Assembly: GCA_044229845.1 (NCBI GenBank)
Contig: JBGASG010000009.1
Coordinates: forward strand, 1-64,000
Source: Candidatus Obscuribacteraceae bacterium
GTDB lineage: Bacteria > Cyanobacteriota > Vampirovibrionia > Obscuribacterales > Obscuribacteraceae
Reading direction: 5' to 3'
Length of the DNA stretch: 64,000 nt
Numbering within the stretch: the first letter of the stretch is position 1; the number at the start of each line of letters is the position of its first letter. Of the stretch, positions 49,077 through 58,614 are shown one piece after another. Both the position numbers and the translations under genes were made by a program. The notes beneath the pieces were generated by a model that was not told the origin of the DNA, searched no databases, and saw nothing but the letters and a program-made list of their open reading frames with translations.

Positions 49077-50402
49077 ATGCGCTACCTTCACCTTATAAAG
49101 AGCAGCATTGTCGGAGCGCTCGGCGGGCTGCTCTTTGGATTTGACACGGCTGTAATTTCCGGGACCACGCACTCGCTGGTGGAAACGTTCAGGCTGGATC
49201 CGGCAGCACTGGGAATTACCGTGTCCAGTGCATTGTGGGGCACTGTTATCAGTGCGATGCTGGCTGGCATTCCCGGTGAGAAACTGGGCGCTCGCGAGTC
49301 GTTGCGCATCACTGCCGCACTGTATGTGGTATCGGCACTTGGCTGTGCGCTGGCCTGGAACTGGTGGTCGCTTTTGATTTTCCGCTTCATCGGTGGATTG
49401 GGCATTGGTGCTTCCTCTGTGCTGGGACCCGTCTATATCGCCGAACTGGCGCCGGCTGCCTGGCGCGGACGACTGGTGGGGATGTTTCAGGTCAATATCG
49501 TGATCGGCATTCTGCTGGCATACTTCTCTAACTATGTGATCGGATTGCAGCATCTGGGCATGGACGAATGGCGATGGCAGCTGGGTGTTTCGGCACTGCC
49601 GGCGGTGCTATTTCTTCTAATGTTGTTTTTTATTCCTCGCAGCCCTCGCTGGTTGGTGAGCAGAGGCTTGCGGGATGAGGCGCGTGCCGTATTGCAGTTA
49701 ACCGGCGTTGGCGATCCGGATGCCGAGTTGCAGGAGATCGTCGCGTCGCTGGGTGAGGAGGTGTCACGGCAGAAAGAGCGTCTTTTCTCTCGCAAGTATT
49801 TGAAGCCGATCTTCTTGGCGTTGACGATTGGCATGTTCAATCAGTTGTCCGGTATCAATGCGATTCTCTATTATCTAAACGACATTTTCGCTAAGGCGGG
49901 CTTCAGCAGCTTGTCGGGGAACATCCAGGCGGTGATCGTCGGTGGTACCAATCTCGTTTTTACTCTGTTCGCCATGGCGTCGATCGATAAATTCGGGCGT
50001 AAGCCATTGCTACTGATCGGAGCGGTGGGTACGGCGCTCTGTCTCTTCGGAGTGGCGGCGATATTCTACATGCACGCTAACGAGAATGCCTTGATCTGGT
50101 TATTGATGGCCTACATTGGATTTTTCGCGTTTTCGCAAGGGTCGGTGATCTGGGTTTATATCAGCGAGATTTTTCCCACCCCGGTGCGCGCGCGTGGGCA
50201 GAGTCTGGGCAGTTCCTCGCATTGGGTCATGAATGCGATAATTTCGGCGGCATTTCCGGTGGTTGCCCAATCTTCGGGTGGGCTGCCATTTGCCGTATTT
50301 GGTGTGATGATGATTGTGCAGTTGATTGTGGTGCTGCTCTACTATCCCGAAACCAAGGGGGTGTCTCTCGAGGAGTTGCAGCACAAGCTGGGGGTCGGCT
50401 GA
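49077..50402 (+). CDS. Sugar porter family MFS transporter (XylE/GalP-like)
   Basis: GGLLFGFDTAVISG, YIAELAP..RG, NQLSGIN, PETKG. Confidence 0.95.
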   Translation: MRYLHLIKSSIVGALGGLLFGFDTAVISGTTHSLVETFRLDPAALGITVSSALWGTVISAMLAGIPGEKLGARESLRITAALYVVSALGCALAWNWWSLLIFRFIGGLGIGASSVLGPVYIAELAPAAWRGRLVGMFQVNIVIGILLAYFSNYVIGLQHLGMDEWRWQLGVSALPAVLFLLMLFFIPRSPRWLVSRGLRDEARAVLQLTGVGDPDAELQEIVASLGEEVSRQKERLFSRKYLKPIFLALTIGMFNQLSGINAILYYLNDIFAKAGFSSLSGNIQAVIVGGTNLVFTLFAMASIDKFGRKPLLLIGAVGTALCLFGVAAIFYMHANENALIWLLMAYIGFFAFSQGSVIWVYISEIFPTPVRARGQSLGSSSHWVMNAIISAAFPVVAQSSGGLPFAVFGVMMIVQLIVVLLYYPETKGVSLEELQHKLGVG

Positions 50403-50433
50403 TCCGGCTCTGCGCCCATAGCCACGCGCGCCC

Positions 50434-50732
50434 GAAGGGTGGAAAGAAATTTCGACAAATTTCTTTCGGGGCTTCAGTCTGTGAAAAATGGGCTCCGATT
50501 CCGCACGAATAAACGCTTGAGGGGTGATTCAAATTTCGCCCAAACTCTGCGCGTGCAGGATTGCTCATATTGGGGGGCGGCAGTGATCGAAAAAACATTA
50601 AATCCCGGGTCCGTGAGCAGAATTGCTCATTTAGACCCCTCGAAATGAGCAATCCTGCTCACGACGCCAACGCTCCCTCCTTTCGACTGAGCAGAGGTTG
50701 GAAAGAAATTTCGAGATAATTCTTTCAGCCTT
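50434..50732. repeat. Composite palindromic intergenic element between convergent genes
   Basis: Hairpin gaaagaaatttcga..aat(t)tctttc at ~50442-50467 and ~50701-50726; 21-bp-arm hairpin at 50612-50663. Confidence 0.75.
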
Positions 50733-51372
50733 AGCGGGGTGCGCGAAGCGCGTTGTCCAGGTATCCGGCAATCGCCAGCTTGTACTCCGCCTTGATGGCG
50801 GCGCGCGAAAAATTACTGAACTGCGCAAGACAAGTCCGTTGAAAGGAATTCATAAGCGAAATGCACGTAAGTGCCATAAGCATGCGACGTTTTGGTGGAA
50901 TATCGCGCACGCGCATGCCGAATATCTCCGCCAACACGCGTGCTGTGTTCTCGCGCATGAGTTTCTCCTCTTCTGCGATCTCGGGTGACGCATCGGCCAA
51001 AACGATGATCGCCTCAAAACTGGGATTTTGCACGAAAAACTCGTCGAGCATGTCGAAGATTTGTTCGACGATTTCTGGAACATCGAGCTTGAGAAATTCG
51101 GGAGTCACCTTTTTGCGAAAGAGGTCGAGAATCTGCCCCGAGTAGCGTTCGGACAGTGCTGTGAACAGAGCTTTCTTATCCGGAAAGAACCTATATAAGG
51201 ATCCAATCGAGGTGCCCGCCTCTCTGGCTATGGCGTTGGTGGTCGCGTTGTCGTAGCCGACATCGGTGAACACCCGTTCGGCGGCATCCAGGATCACACT
51301 AATACGCGCCGCCGAGCGATCCTGCTGGGGAAGTCGGCGCATGTTTGATTCTGGTATTCCTGGACCTTTCAT
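50731..51372 (-). CDS. TetR/AcrR family transcriptional regulator
   Basis: PQQDRS..ILDAA..GYDNATTNAIAREAGTSIGSLYRFFPDK. Confidence 0.95.
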   Translation of the reverse strand: MKGPGIPESNMRRLPQQDRSAARISVILDAAERVFTDVGYDNATTNAIAREAGTSIGSLYRFFPDKKALFTALSERYSGQILDLFRKKVTPEFLKLDVPEIVEQIFDMLDEFFVQNPSFEAIIVLADASPEIAEEEKLMRENTARVLAEIFGMRVRDIPPKRRMLMALTCISLMNSFQRTCLAQFSNFSRAAIKAEYKLAIAGYLDNALRAPR

Positions 51373-51390
51373 ATAAGCGTATCGCTACCC

Positions 51391-51420
51391 TTGACAAAAG
51401 CGAGCATTTGCTCGTATTAT
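51391..51420 (+). promoter_or_regulatory. Sigma70-like promoter for devBCA with palindromic operator in the spacer
   Basis: TTGACA-N18-TATTAT; spacer contains CGAGCA-TT-TGCTCG. Confidence 0.7.
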
Positions 51421-51513
51421 AGCAAACGTGAGCAAAGACTCGCGTTGTAAAAAAGGTCCTCAAAATCCAAACCCCACTCCCCTCAAAGCAAGGTTCTTTT
51501 CCGGTGCAAGCCA

Positions 51514-52608
51514 ATGAACGTCAAATGGAGCATTCCTGTATTTATGCTAGCCAGCGGCTTCGTCGTCCAGGGCGCCGTGAGCAATTTCCAGCGAGATGCC
51601 GACAACTCGCAGGTCAACTTGTCGCAGGTCAACTTGTCGCAGATCAACGCGTCGCAGATCAACAGTGTCACGCGGTCGCGACCTGAGTATCCGGCAGTTC
51701 CCGCGAGGGTAATGGCGCTGGGCAGATTGGCGCCCGCCAGTGAGATGACGGTTATCTATCCTCCGACCAGCAGCGGCACACGGGTCGGACGTGTGTGCGT
51801 CAGTGAGGGACAGTGGGTCCGTCCCGGCGAAGTGGTGGCATACATGGATACCCGGGCATTGCACGAGGCCGAGTTGCAGGAGGCGCTTGCCGACCTTGAC
51901 CGCAGTCGCTGCCACCTCGAGCAGGTACGCGCCGACGCCAAGCCTGCCGATCTGTCCGCCCAGGCGGCCGTCATCGAACGGGCGCGCTCTGAGATGGACA
52001 CCGCTAAAACCGAATACGGGCGCTACCAAATGTTGTACGAGCAAGGCGCTGTTTCAGCGTCGCTGCGCGACAGTAAAAAGCAATCCTTCGACACCGCGTC
52101 ACAGCAATGGCAGCAGCAGCAGTTTCTTCTCCAAGGCATGTGTCAGGTGCGCCCCTGCGACGAGAATACTGCCCTGGCGGAAGTCAAACAGGCGATATCC
52201 AGAGTCCAGATTGCCCGGCAAAAGCTGGCTCTGGACAAAGTCACGTCACCATTATCCGGGAAGGTGATCAAGATCCACACACGCGCCGGGGAAGTCGTCG
52301 GCAATGAAGGCATCCTGCAAATCTGCGATACGAGGCATTTGATTGTCATAGCTGAGGTGTTCGAGAGCGATATCGGCACAGTGCGCCCTGGGCAAGGTGC
52401 CACCATAACCGGTGCTAGCCTGGGGGGACCGTTGCATGGCGTTGTAGAGTCGATCTGTCTTTCGGTGGGACGGCAGACCAATCTAGATGCCGACAGCGCC
52501 GCCGACACGGAAGCACGGATTGTCGAGGTGCGCATCCGGGTCAGGGACGGCGCGACAGCGACAGCCGCCAATGCGCGTGTCGACGTCGAAATCGCGAGGA
52601 GCAAGTGA
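51514..52608 (+). CDS. devB: HlyD-family membrane fusion protein, DevB type
   Basis: VMALGRLAP..IKIHTRAGE..AEVFESDI..EARIVEVRI. Confidence 0.85.
   Translation: MNVKWSIPVFMLASGFVVQGAVSNFQRDADNSQVNLSQVNLSQINASQINSVTRSRPEYPAVPARVMALGRLAPASEMTVIYPPTSSGTRVGRVCVSEGQWVRPGEVVAYMDTRALHEAELQEALADLDRSRCHLEQVRADAKPADLSAQAAVIERARSEMDTAKTEYGRYQMLYEQGAVSASLRDSKKQSFDTASQQWQQQQFLLQGMCQVRPCDENTALAEVKQAISRVQIARQKLALDKVTSPLSGKVIKIHTRAGEVVGNEGILQICDTRHLIVIAEVFESDIGTVRPGQGATITGASLGGPLHGVVESICLSVGRQTNLDADSAADTEARIVEVRIRVRDGATATAANARVDVEIARSK
51607..51663 (+). repeat. 15-bp coding tandem repeat (SQVNL/SQINA, about four units)
   Basis: tcgcaggtcaacttg twice, then tcgcagatcaacgcg and tcgcagatcaac. Confidence 0.9.
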
Positions 52609-53768
52609 TGATTCCTCTCGCTATCCCGTTGAGCTGGTATCAACTCGTGCACGAGAGGGCTCGATTTGCTGTTGCCATCGCCGCGGTTTCATTTGCCGTA
52701 ATTTTGATGTTCATGGAGTTCGGCTTTCAATCCGCGCTCTTCAGCAGTGCCACCCTGCTGCACGAACATCTCACCGGCGAACTTTTCATCGTCGACGCCA
52801 GGTCCACCGCCCTGGCAAATATGAAGCAGTACTCCCGGCGTATTCTCTATCAAGCCAGAGCGCAAGACGAGGTTCAGGCGGTCGGTGCACTATATATCGG
52901 ATTCGCGTCTTCGATTACGCCGCACCAGGAAAACAGCTCCAGGCGCATTCTCGTAGTGGGCACATCACCTGCCGACGATCTAATCGGGCTGCCCGAGGTG
53001 TCTGCCCAGAGAAGTGCCCTGAGCCGGCGCGATAATGTTTTGTTCGACCGCGCCTCCAGGCAGGAGATCGGCCCGATCTCCGATGACTGGAGACTAGGAC
53101 GCCACCCCAGCCTGGACATGGGCAAGGCGACTTTGCGCGTGAGCGGTCTCTTCAAAATGGGCGCCTCGTTCTCTGCTGATGGTAATGCCATCGTCAGCGA
53201 TGATACGTTCCGCCACATATTTCCTGGACGAAACGTCGGTTCTGTTGATATAGGCGTAGTGCGATTGCGTGCCAAGGCGCCACTGCAGACGGTGCAGAAA
53301 CTGTTGCAATCACAGCTGGGACCTGATGTGCGAGTCCTGACGAAAAAACAGTTCGTGCAGGCTGAACAAAACTACTGGCGCCAGACTACTGCCATCGGAT
53401 TTATCTTTTCGATCGGCGTGGCGCTGGGGCTGGTGGTGGGGGCCGCGGTCGTGTACCAGATTCTTTACGCCAACGTCAATGAGCACTTGTCCGAGTATGC
53501 CACACTTAAGGCGATCGGATATCAGCACGCGGCTCTGTCCGAGATGGTGCTGGAGCAGGCGATTATTTTGTCGTGCGCCGGTTTCTTGCCGGGACTGGCA
53601 GTTTCTCTCAAGCTGTACGAAATGACTCGCGATGTCACCGGTCTGCCCATGAATATGTCGGTTTCGACTGCGGCATTTGTGGTGGCACTGGTGACGGTCA
53701 TGTGCTGCGTGTCGGCAATGCTTGCGGCCGAGAGACTGCGTAAGGCTGACCCGGCGTCGGTATTTTGA
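52605..53768 (+). CDS. devC: ABC exporter permease, DevC type
   Basis: IPLSWYQL..GASFSADG..VYQILYANV..EYATLKAIGY..ADPASVF. Confidence 0.9.
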   Translation: MMIPLAIPLSWYQLVHERARFAVAIAAVSFAVILMFMEFGFQSALFSSATLLHEHLTGELFIVDARSTALANMKQYSRRILYQARAQDEVQAVGALYIGFASSITPHQENSSRRILVVGTSPADDLIGLPEVSAQRSALSRRDNVLFDRASRQEIGPISDDWRLGRHPSLDMGKATLRVSGLFKMGASFSADGNAIVSDDTFRHIFPGRNVGSVDIGVVRLRAKAPLQTVQKLLQSQLGPDVRVLTKKQFVQAEQNYWRQTTAIGFIFSIGVALGLVVGAAVVYQILYANVNEHLSEYATLKAIGYQHAALSEMVLEQAIILSCAGFLPGLAVSLKLYEMTRDVTGLPMNMSVSTAAFVVALVTVMCCVSAMLAAERLRKADPASVF

Positions 53769-53770
53769 GG

Positions 53771-54472
53771 ATGAATACTTTGTTTAGCGGTATGCCGGTG
53801 GTGGCGCGAAAAGTTGAATACAGCTACGGCAGCGGAAATCAGAAGCAGCAAGTTCTGGCGGACGTAAACTTCGAGCTAGACGCAGGAGAGTTGTGCGTGG
53901 TGACGGGACCCTCCGGCTCCGGCAAGACGACGTTTCTCTCGCTATGCGGTGCGCTGCGTCAGTCACAGCACGGCAGTCTGCAAGTGCTCGGTGAAGAACT
54001 CTCCGGAGCCGGGGAGTTCACCAGAACTCAAACTCGACGACGCATAGGCTTCATATTTCAGCACCACAATTTGCTCAGCTTTCTGACCGCCCGCCAAAAT
54101 GTTTTTGTCGCCGCGGAGCTGGCGGGATTGCAGGGTGCGGACGCAGCGCGGCAGGCGGAGATGTTGCTCGGTCGTGTGGGACTGGCAGACCACCGACACA
54201 AATTTCCTGCGCAGCTTTCAGGAGGGCAAAAGCAACGGGTTGCGATCGCCAGGTCGCTGGCGGGCAACCCACGTTTGATTCTGGCCGATGAGCCGACTGC
54301 CTCGCTGGATGCTGCTTCGGCGCAGGATGTGATTCAATTGCTGCAGGACATCACCGCTAATCAAGGCGTCTCTGTGTTGTTGGTCACGCACGATCAACGT
54401 GTCATGCAGGTAGCGACGCGCATCGTGCGGATGACTGACGGTCGCCTGGCAAGTGATTCCGCCCCTCGATGA
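53771..54472 (+). CDS. devA: ABC exporter ATP-binding protein, DevA type
   Basis: GPSGSGKT, LSGGQKQRVAIAR, ADEPTASLD. Confidence 0.9.
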   Translation: MNTLFSGMPVVARKVEYSYGSGNQKQQVLADVNFELDAGELCVVTGPSGSGKTTFLSLCGALRQSQHGSLQVLGEELSGAGEFTRTQTRRRIGFIFQHHNLLSFLTARQNVFVAAELAGLQGADAARQAEMLLGRVGLADHRHKFPAQLSGGQKQRVAIARSLAGNPRLILADEPTASLDAASAQDVIQLLQDITANQGVSVLLVTHDQRVMQVATRIVRMTDGRLASDSAPR

Positions 54473-54482
54473 TCCAGGCAGG

Positions 54483-54782
54483 TCATGCACCGGACTGAAT
54501 CTCTTGCCCGATGCGGGCGAGAGTTCTCTGCGCGCGATGCGCCACGTATGGATTGCAGTCCTCGATGAGCCGCCGCAGCAAGGCTTCGTCGACGTTGTGG
54601 TTTTCGGCGATTGCGTAGCGCACATCGGGATGTTCATCTTCGATGAGAACCAGCAGTACTTCCAGCGGCGTGTCCGTACGATCCGCCAGCGCGATGCGAA
54701 ACTCGTGATCGACGCAGGCTGACAGCTTGTCCATTAATTCTTGAACTGTGAAGGATTCCTCGCCCAGATCCTCGTTCCCCAT
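54483..54782 (-). CDS. Small LRV/HEAT-like repeat protein
   Basis: RIALA..TP..L..L.ED...DVRYAIAEN..L.ED.NPYV. Confidence 0.75.
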   Translation of the reverse strand: MGNEDLGEESFTVQELMDKLSACVDHEFRIALADRTDTPLEVLLVLIEDEHPDVRYAIAENHNVDEALLRRLIEDCNPYVAHRAQRTLARIGQEIQSGA

Positions 54783-55021
54783 CAGAGATTAACCCCATGG
54801 TGTAGTGGTGGAGGTTTCCTACGCCCGGTGTCACAAGGGAGACCGACGATGTGACAGAGTCCGGAGCACTGCGTCCATTGTACGCCTGATGACGCCGATA
54901 GGCAATAGTTGCACCGGGGCTGCCGCTTGCCCGTCACATCGGGCTTTACGGTATACTGCGATGCTGTTGCTGCCACGGGTGAAACAGATCGCAGGCACGC
55001 AGTCCTCACGGAGAGGTTAGG

Positions 55022-55618
55022 ATGAAACTTTCAGGTCGCCGAATTCGACAGATCTTCGTACCGCTGGCTGTTGCGCTGCTGGGGCTGCTGGCACCACCGC
55101 CCTCACAGTCCGCGCCAGCCGAGTCGATAGAGGCATTCCTGTCTCGCTATTATCAAGCCATTCCAAAGGCGAAAACGTTGCTTGATCTGGAGAGCTGGTA
55201 CACGCCGATGCCTCCTGACCCAAAGCTCAAATCAATGCTTGAAGAGCCTGGACTGATGGCATTCTTCATGGATGCTCTCAAGGGTGAGCCGACAGCTGTG
55301 AAGATTGTTTCCAAGACCGTGAAAGGCGATCGCATCTATTTGGACCTGGCACCACAGGCGATACCGCAGCGTTTTCTGGAAGCTTCCAAGCATCCTGGTT
55401 TTTCGATGACAGGCTTAGCCGTACTCGTAGCCGACGGCGATAAGTGGAAGGTTCACAAAGACTTCTGGACTGTCAAATCGACCTCCAAAGACGGGTCGGA
55501 GACGACGACATTCGGGCGCAATCCGCCTGAGGGTGCGCCGACCGAAAAAGGCAAGACCGAAGCCGGAGGCACAGCGGGCAGTTCAAGCAGCTCCGCTGAC
55601 CCGAATCAGAAAAACTAG
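55022..55618 (+). CDS. Exported hypothetical protein
   Basis: Signal peptide; GAGAGG RBS. Confidence 0.7.
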   Translation: MKLSGRRIRQIFVPLAVALLGLLAPPPSQSAPAESIEAFLSRYYQAIPKAKTLLDLESWYTPMPPDPKLKSMLEEPGLMAFFMDALKGEPTAVKIVSKTVKGDRIYLDLAPQAIPQRFLEASKHPGFSMTGLAVLVADGDKWKVHKDFWTVKSTSKDGSETTTFGRNPPEGAPTEKGKTEAGGTAGSSSSSADPNQKN

Positions 55619-55633
55619 AACCGGAGGTGCATC

Positions 55634-56842
55634 ATGCCGGGCACGACGACTGCCGACCAGTTTGGAGTGACTCGGGAACTCACCATATCTGGTGCCGCCG
55701 AGGGACCGCTGGCCGGCACCAGCTTTGTCGCCAAGGATCTGTTTGATGTCGAAGGATACGTGACCGGTTGCGGAAATCCCGATTGGGAGCGCACGCATGA
55801 ACCGGCATCGCAGACCGCACCGGCGGTGGCCAGAATGCTGGCAGCCGGCTGCACGCTACGCGGCAAGACGAACATGGACGAACTTGCCTACGGCATGGAC
55901 GGCGTCAACGTTCATTATGGAACGCCACTGAACGCGCAGTTCCCAGACCGGGAGCCGGGCGGTTCGTCGAGCGGTTCGGCCGCGGCGGTCGCCGGTGGCG
56001 TCGTCGACTATGCGCTGGGCTCCGATACCGCCGGGTCGGTGCGCGTGCCCGCTTGTTATTGCGGTGTCTTCGGGTTTCGTCCCACACACGGGCGGGTGCC
56101 GATTGACGGGGTGGTGCCGCTGGCACCCAGCCTGGATACCGTCGGCTGGTTCTCGCGTACTGCATCAGGATTGAGGCAGTGTGGTTCAGTTCTTCTCGGG
56201 CAAAGTTTTGTCGACTCCGGCTTTCGCTCGGGCGTGGGCACGATTTTGTTGGCGCAGGACGCTTTCGATGCCTGCAGCGAGGAGATCAAACCGGCTCTCA
56301 CCGGCGCTTTACGAGCCCTGGATCAATGCGGCTACAAGGTGCTCGAAATCTCGTTTGCTGCGTTGGGCTGGGATAACTTTGTCAACACGTTTCGCCGCGT
56401 GCAGGGCTATGAATGCTGGCAGGTGCACGGTCAATGGATCACTGACGCGAAGCCTCGATTCGGGGATGCCGTCAGGAAACGCTTCGAGATTGCCAGCAGC
56501 GTCACAGAAAAGCAGTTTGCGGAAGCCTCAGCATTTCGCACGCAGATGCAGGAGCAGTTCGGCAAGTTCCTGCGTGCTCCTCGCACGATGCTCTGTTTAC
56601 CAACGGTGCCTGCGTTGCCGCCGCTACTGGATGCTACCGCCGAAGAGATAGATCAAAATCGCATCAATACTATGAAGATGTCGGTTCTGGCACCACTACT
56701 GGGTACACCTCAAGTTGCCGTGCCGGTCAAGCTGAGTGAAACAACGTTCACCGGACTGTCCTTTATGGCAGCTGCGGGTGGTGACGAGATGTTGCTGGAC
56801 TGCGCGGTCGAGACGGCAAAGCTGAAGCGATTCGCCAGATAG
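55634..56842 (+). CDS. Amidase signature family protein
   Basis: VAKDLFD, GKTNMDELA, GGSSSGS, GSDTAGSVRVPA. Confidence 0.93.
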   Translation: MPGTTTADQFGVTRELTISGAAEGPLAGTSFVAKDLFDVEGYVTGCGNPDWERTHEPASQTAPAVARMLAAGCTLRGKTNMDELAYGMDGVNVHYGTPLNAQFPDREPGGSSSGSAAAVAGGVVDYALGSDTAGSVRVPACYCGVFGFRPTHGRVPIDGVVPLAPSLDTVGWFSRTASGLRQCGSVLLGQSFVDSGFRSGVGTILLAQDAFDACSEEIKPALTGALRALDQCGYKVLEISFAALGWDNFVNTFRRVQGYECWQVHGQWITDAKPRFGDAVRKRFEIASSVTEKQFAEASAFRTQMQEQFGKFLRAPRTMLCLPTVPALPPLLDATAEEIDQNRINTMKMSVLAPLLGTPQVAVPVKLSETTFTGLSFMAAAGGDEMLLDCAVETAKLKRFAR

Positions 56843-56870
56843 CAGCCACTCAGATCGAGGGAGGTTTAAA

Positions 56871-58613
56871 TCAGAGAACGGGGCTGAGGAACTCAGGCTG
56901 ACGGTACCAGTTGCGCTTGAGAGCTTGTCGCAGAAGGACCTGCCCTTTCTCCGCATAATGACTCGCTGTAGAATTTGGTGACGTCGGCTGCGCAGTTGCT
57001 TCCTGCAACTTTTTGATGCCGGTTTCGTAGTGCTTGTTTGCATCGGGCGCTCCGCGGTCCAAAAGCCGCGCGGCGAGTTTGATGTGGGTGGATCCTGATT
57101 CGATCAGCCCATTGATGTAGAGCTCGAGGTACAGCTCACTTGTGCGAGCGTTCGGCGTCGAAATAGACAGCGACTCGTCGAAGAGCGGCAGCGCTTTGTC
57201 GTACTCACCGCAGCGTTCGTAGGCAACTGCGGTTTGCAGTATCGACCCGCACTTGATTGTCGGCTCGATCTGCGACCGCATCTGCCTCGCCAGCTTTAAG
57301 CTCTCGATGCGCAGCGGCAGGGCTTGCTTGAATTGTCTGGTCTCGGTGTTCAGGTCGGCTTTTAAAGTCAGCACTGTAAATCGTTCGCTCAGGGAGAGCG
57401 GCCTTTTCTCAAGGTCCTGCAGCACTGCTTGAGCGCGGGTGAAGTGCTTCGCTTGCAGATTGCAATAGGCAAGCCGCAACTGCATGCCGTTTTTTTCTTG
57501 CGGTGCGAACGAATCGGCGTTGTCGACCAGGATGGTCAGGTGCGGGATGGCTTTGTCCCATTCATGGGCGGCGAGGAAGTGTTGAGCCTGCTGCTTGTTT
57601 AGCAGCACTGTCGGCGTTACTGCATGTGGATAAGGGCTTGCCGGCGGAGCCAGGGATTGTTCCAACTGCTTGACCGCACGGGTTTGGTCTTCGATGCGCT
57701 TGACGAGGATGGTCAGCACCACACCCGATACCATTAATAGAGCCGCAAAAGCGATCAGGGCTTGTCGGCGATTGAGCCGGCGTCCTACCGGCAAGATAAA
57801 CTTGGATTGTGCGGCGCGTGGATTGGCGAGCATCGACTTGAGTTCGGCGGCTGACTGTGGACGATGGTCCGGTGATTTTGACAGGCAGGCATGGATAATC
57901 CCCTGCAGTTCCGCCAGATGTGTCCCGCGCGGTGGCGCGTCATTTAAGTGGGCGGCCGCAATTTCGAATGAAGTCTCTCCGACGAACGGCGGCTGCCCCT
58001 CCAGAGTTTCGTACATCAGACAACCGAGAGAATAGATGTCCGAGCGTGCGTCTACTTCTCGAGCGGCCAGTTGTTCTGGACTCATATAACTGACTGAACC
58101 GACCAGGTCGCCGCTGCGCGTGAGAGCTTGCATCTCGGTGCTGGATTCGGGGAGTATTTTGGCGATGCCGAAGTCGACTAATTTGATCTGATCCTGATCC
58201 TGATCCCGATTTGTTGCTCCGATCAACATGACGTTGCTTGGCTTGAGGTCTCGGTGAACAACGCCCTGTCCGTGCGCGTGCACCAGCGCGTCGCAAATTT
58301 GCGCGAACAGGTGCTGAACTCTCTGCATGGGCAGTCGTTCTTCGGTCGCGAGCAAGTGGGCGAGGCTTTTGCCGTCTAAAAGCGCGGCAATTGCCACGGC
58401 TTCACGCTGAAACCGTTTGACTGCCTCCGGATTGCCGGTCAGGTGTGCGCGCAAGAACTTGAGTGCCACCACGCGTTCCATGTTGAGTTCGAGCGCGCGA
58501 TAGACCGTGCACATCCCGCCCTGTCCGAGGGGGGAAAGGAGTTGGTACCGTTCGTCAATGATCGTCCCGTGCGAAAACGTTTCGTCTCCGCTCGGGGATG
58601 ACGACGCAGTCAA
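56871..58613 (-). CDS. Ser/Thr kinase-TM-TPR protein with an in-frame deletion of subdomains IV-V (probable pseudokinase)
   Basis: FQREAVAIAAL joins directly to LDGKSL; HRDLKPSN and DFG intact. Confidence 0.85.
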   Translation of the reverse strand: MTASSSPSGDETFSHGTIIDERYQLLSPLGQGGMCTVYRALELNMERVVALKFLRAHLTGNPEAVKRFQREAVAIAALLDGKSLAHLLATEERLPMQRVQHLFAQICDALVHAHGQGVVHRDLKPSNVMLIGATNRDQDQDQIKLVDFGIAKILPESSTEMQALTRSGDLVGSVSYMSPEQLAAREVDARSDIYSLGCLMYETLEGQPPFVGETSFEIAAAHLNDAPPRGTHLAELQGIIHACLSKSPDHRPQSAAELKSMLANPRAAQSKFILPVGRRLNRRQALIAFAALLMVSGVVLTILVKRIEDQTRAVKQLEQSLAPPASPYPHAVTPTVLLNKQQAQHFLAAHEWDKAIPHLTILVDNADSFAPQEKNGMQLRLAYCNLQAKHFTRAQAVLQDLEKRPLSLSERFTVLTLKADLNTETRQFKQALPLRIESLKLARQMRSQIEPTIKCGSILQTAVAYERCGEYDKALPLFDESLSISTPNARTSELYLELYINGLIESGSTHIKLAARLLDRGAPDANKHYETGIKKLQEATAQPTSPNSTASHYAEKGQVLLRQALKRNWYRQPEFLSPVL

Positions 58614-58614
58614 A

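Noticed and set aside
54829..54856. TGTCACA-N14-TGTGACA as a CRP/FNR site
   Set aside because: Half-site order and spacing do not match TGTGA-N6-TCACA; single occurrence
58187..58207. 6-bp repeat encoding DQDQDQ
   Set aside because: Short in-frame loop microsatellite that does not shift the frame; no evidence of phase variation
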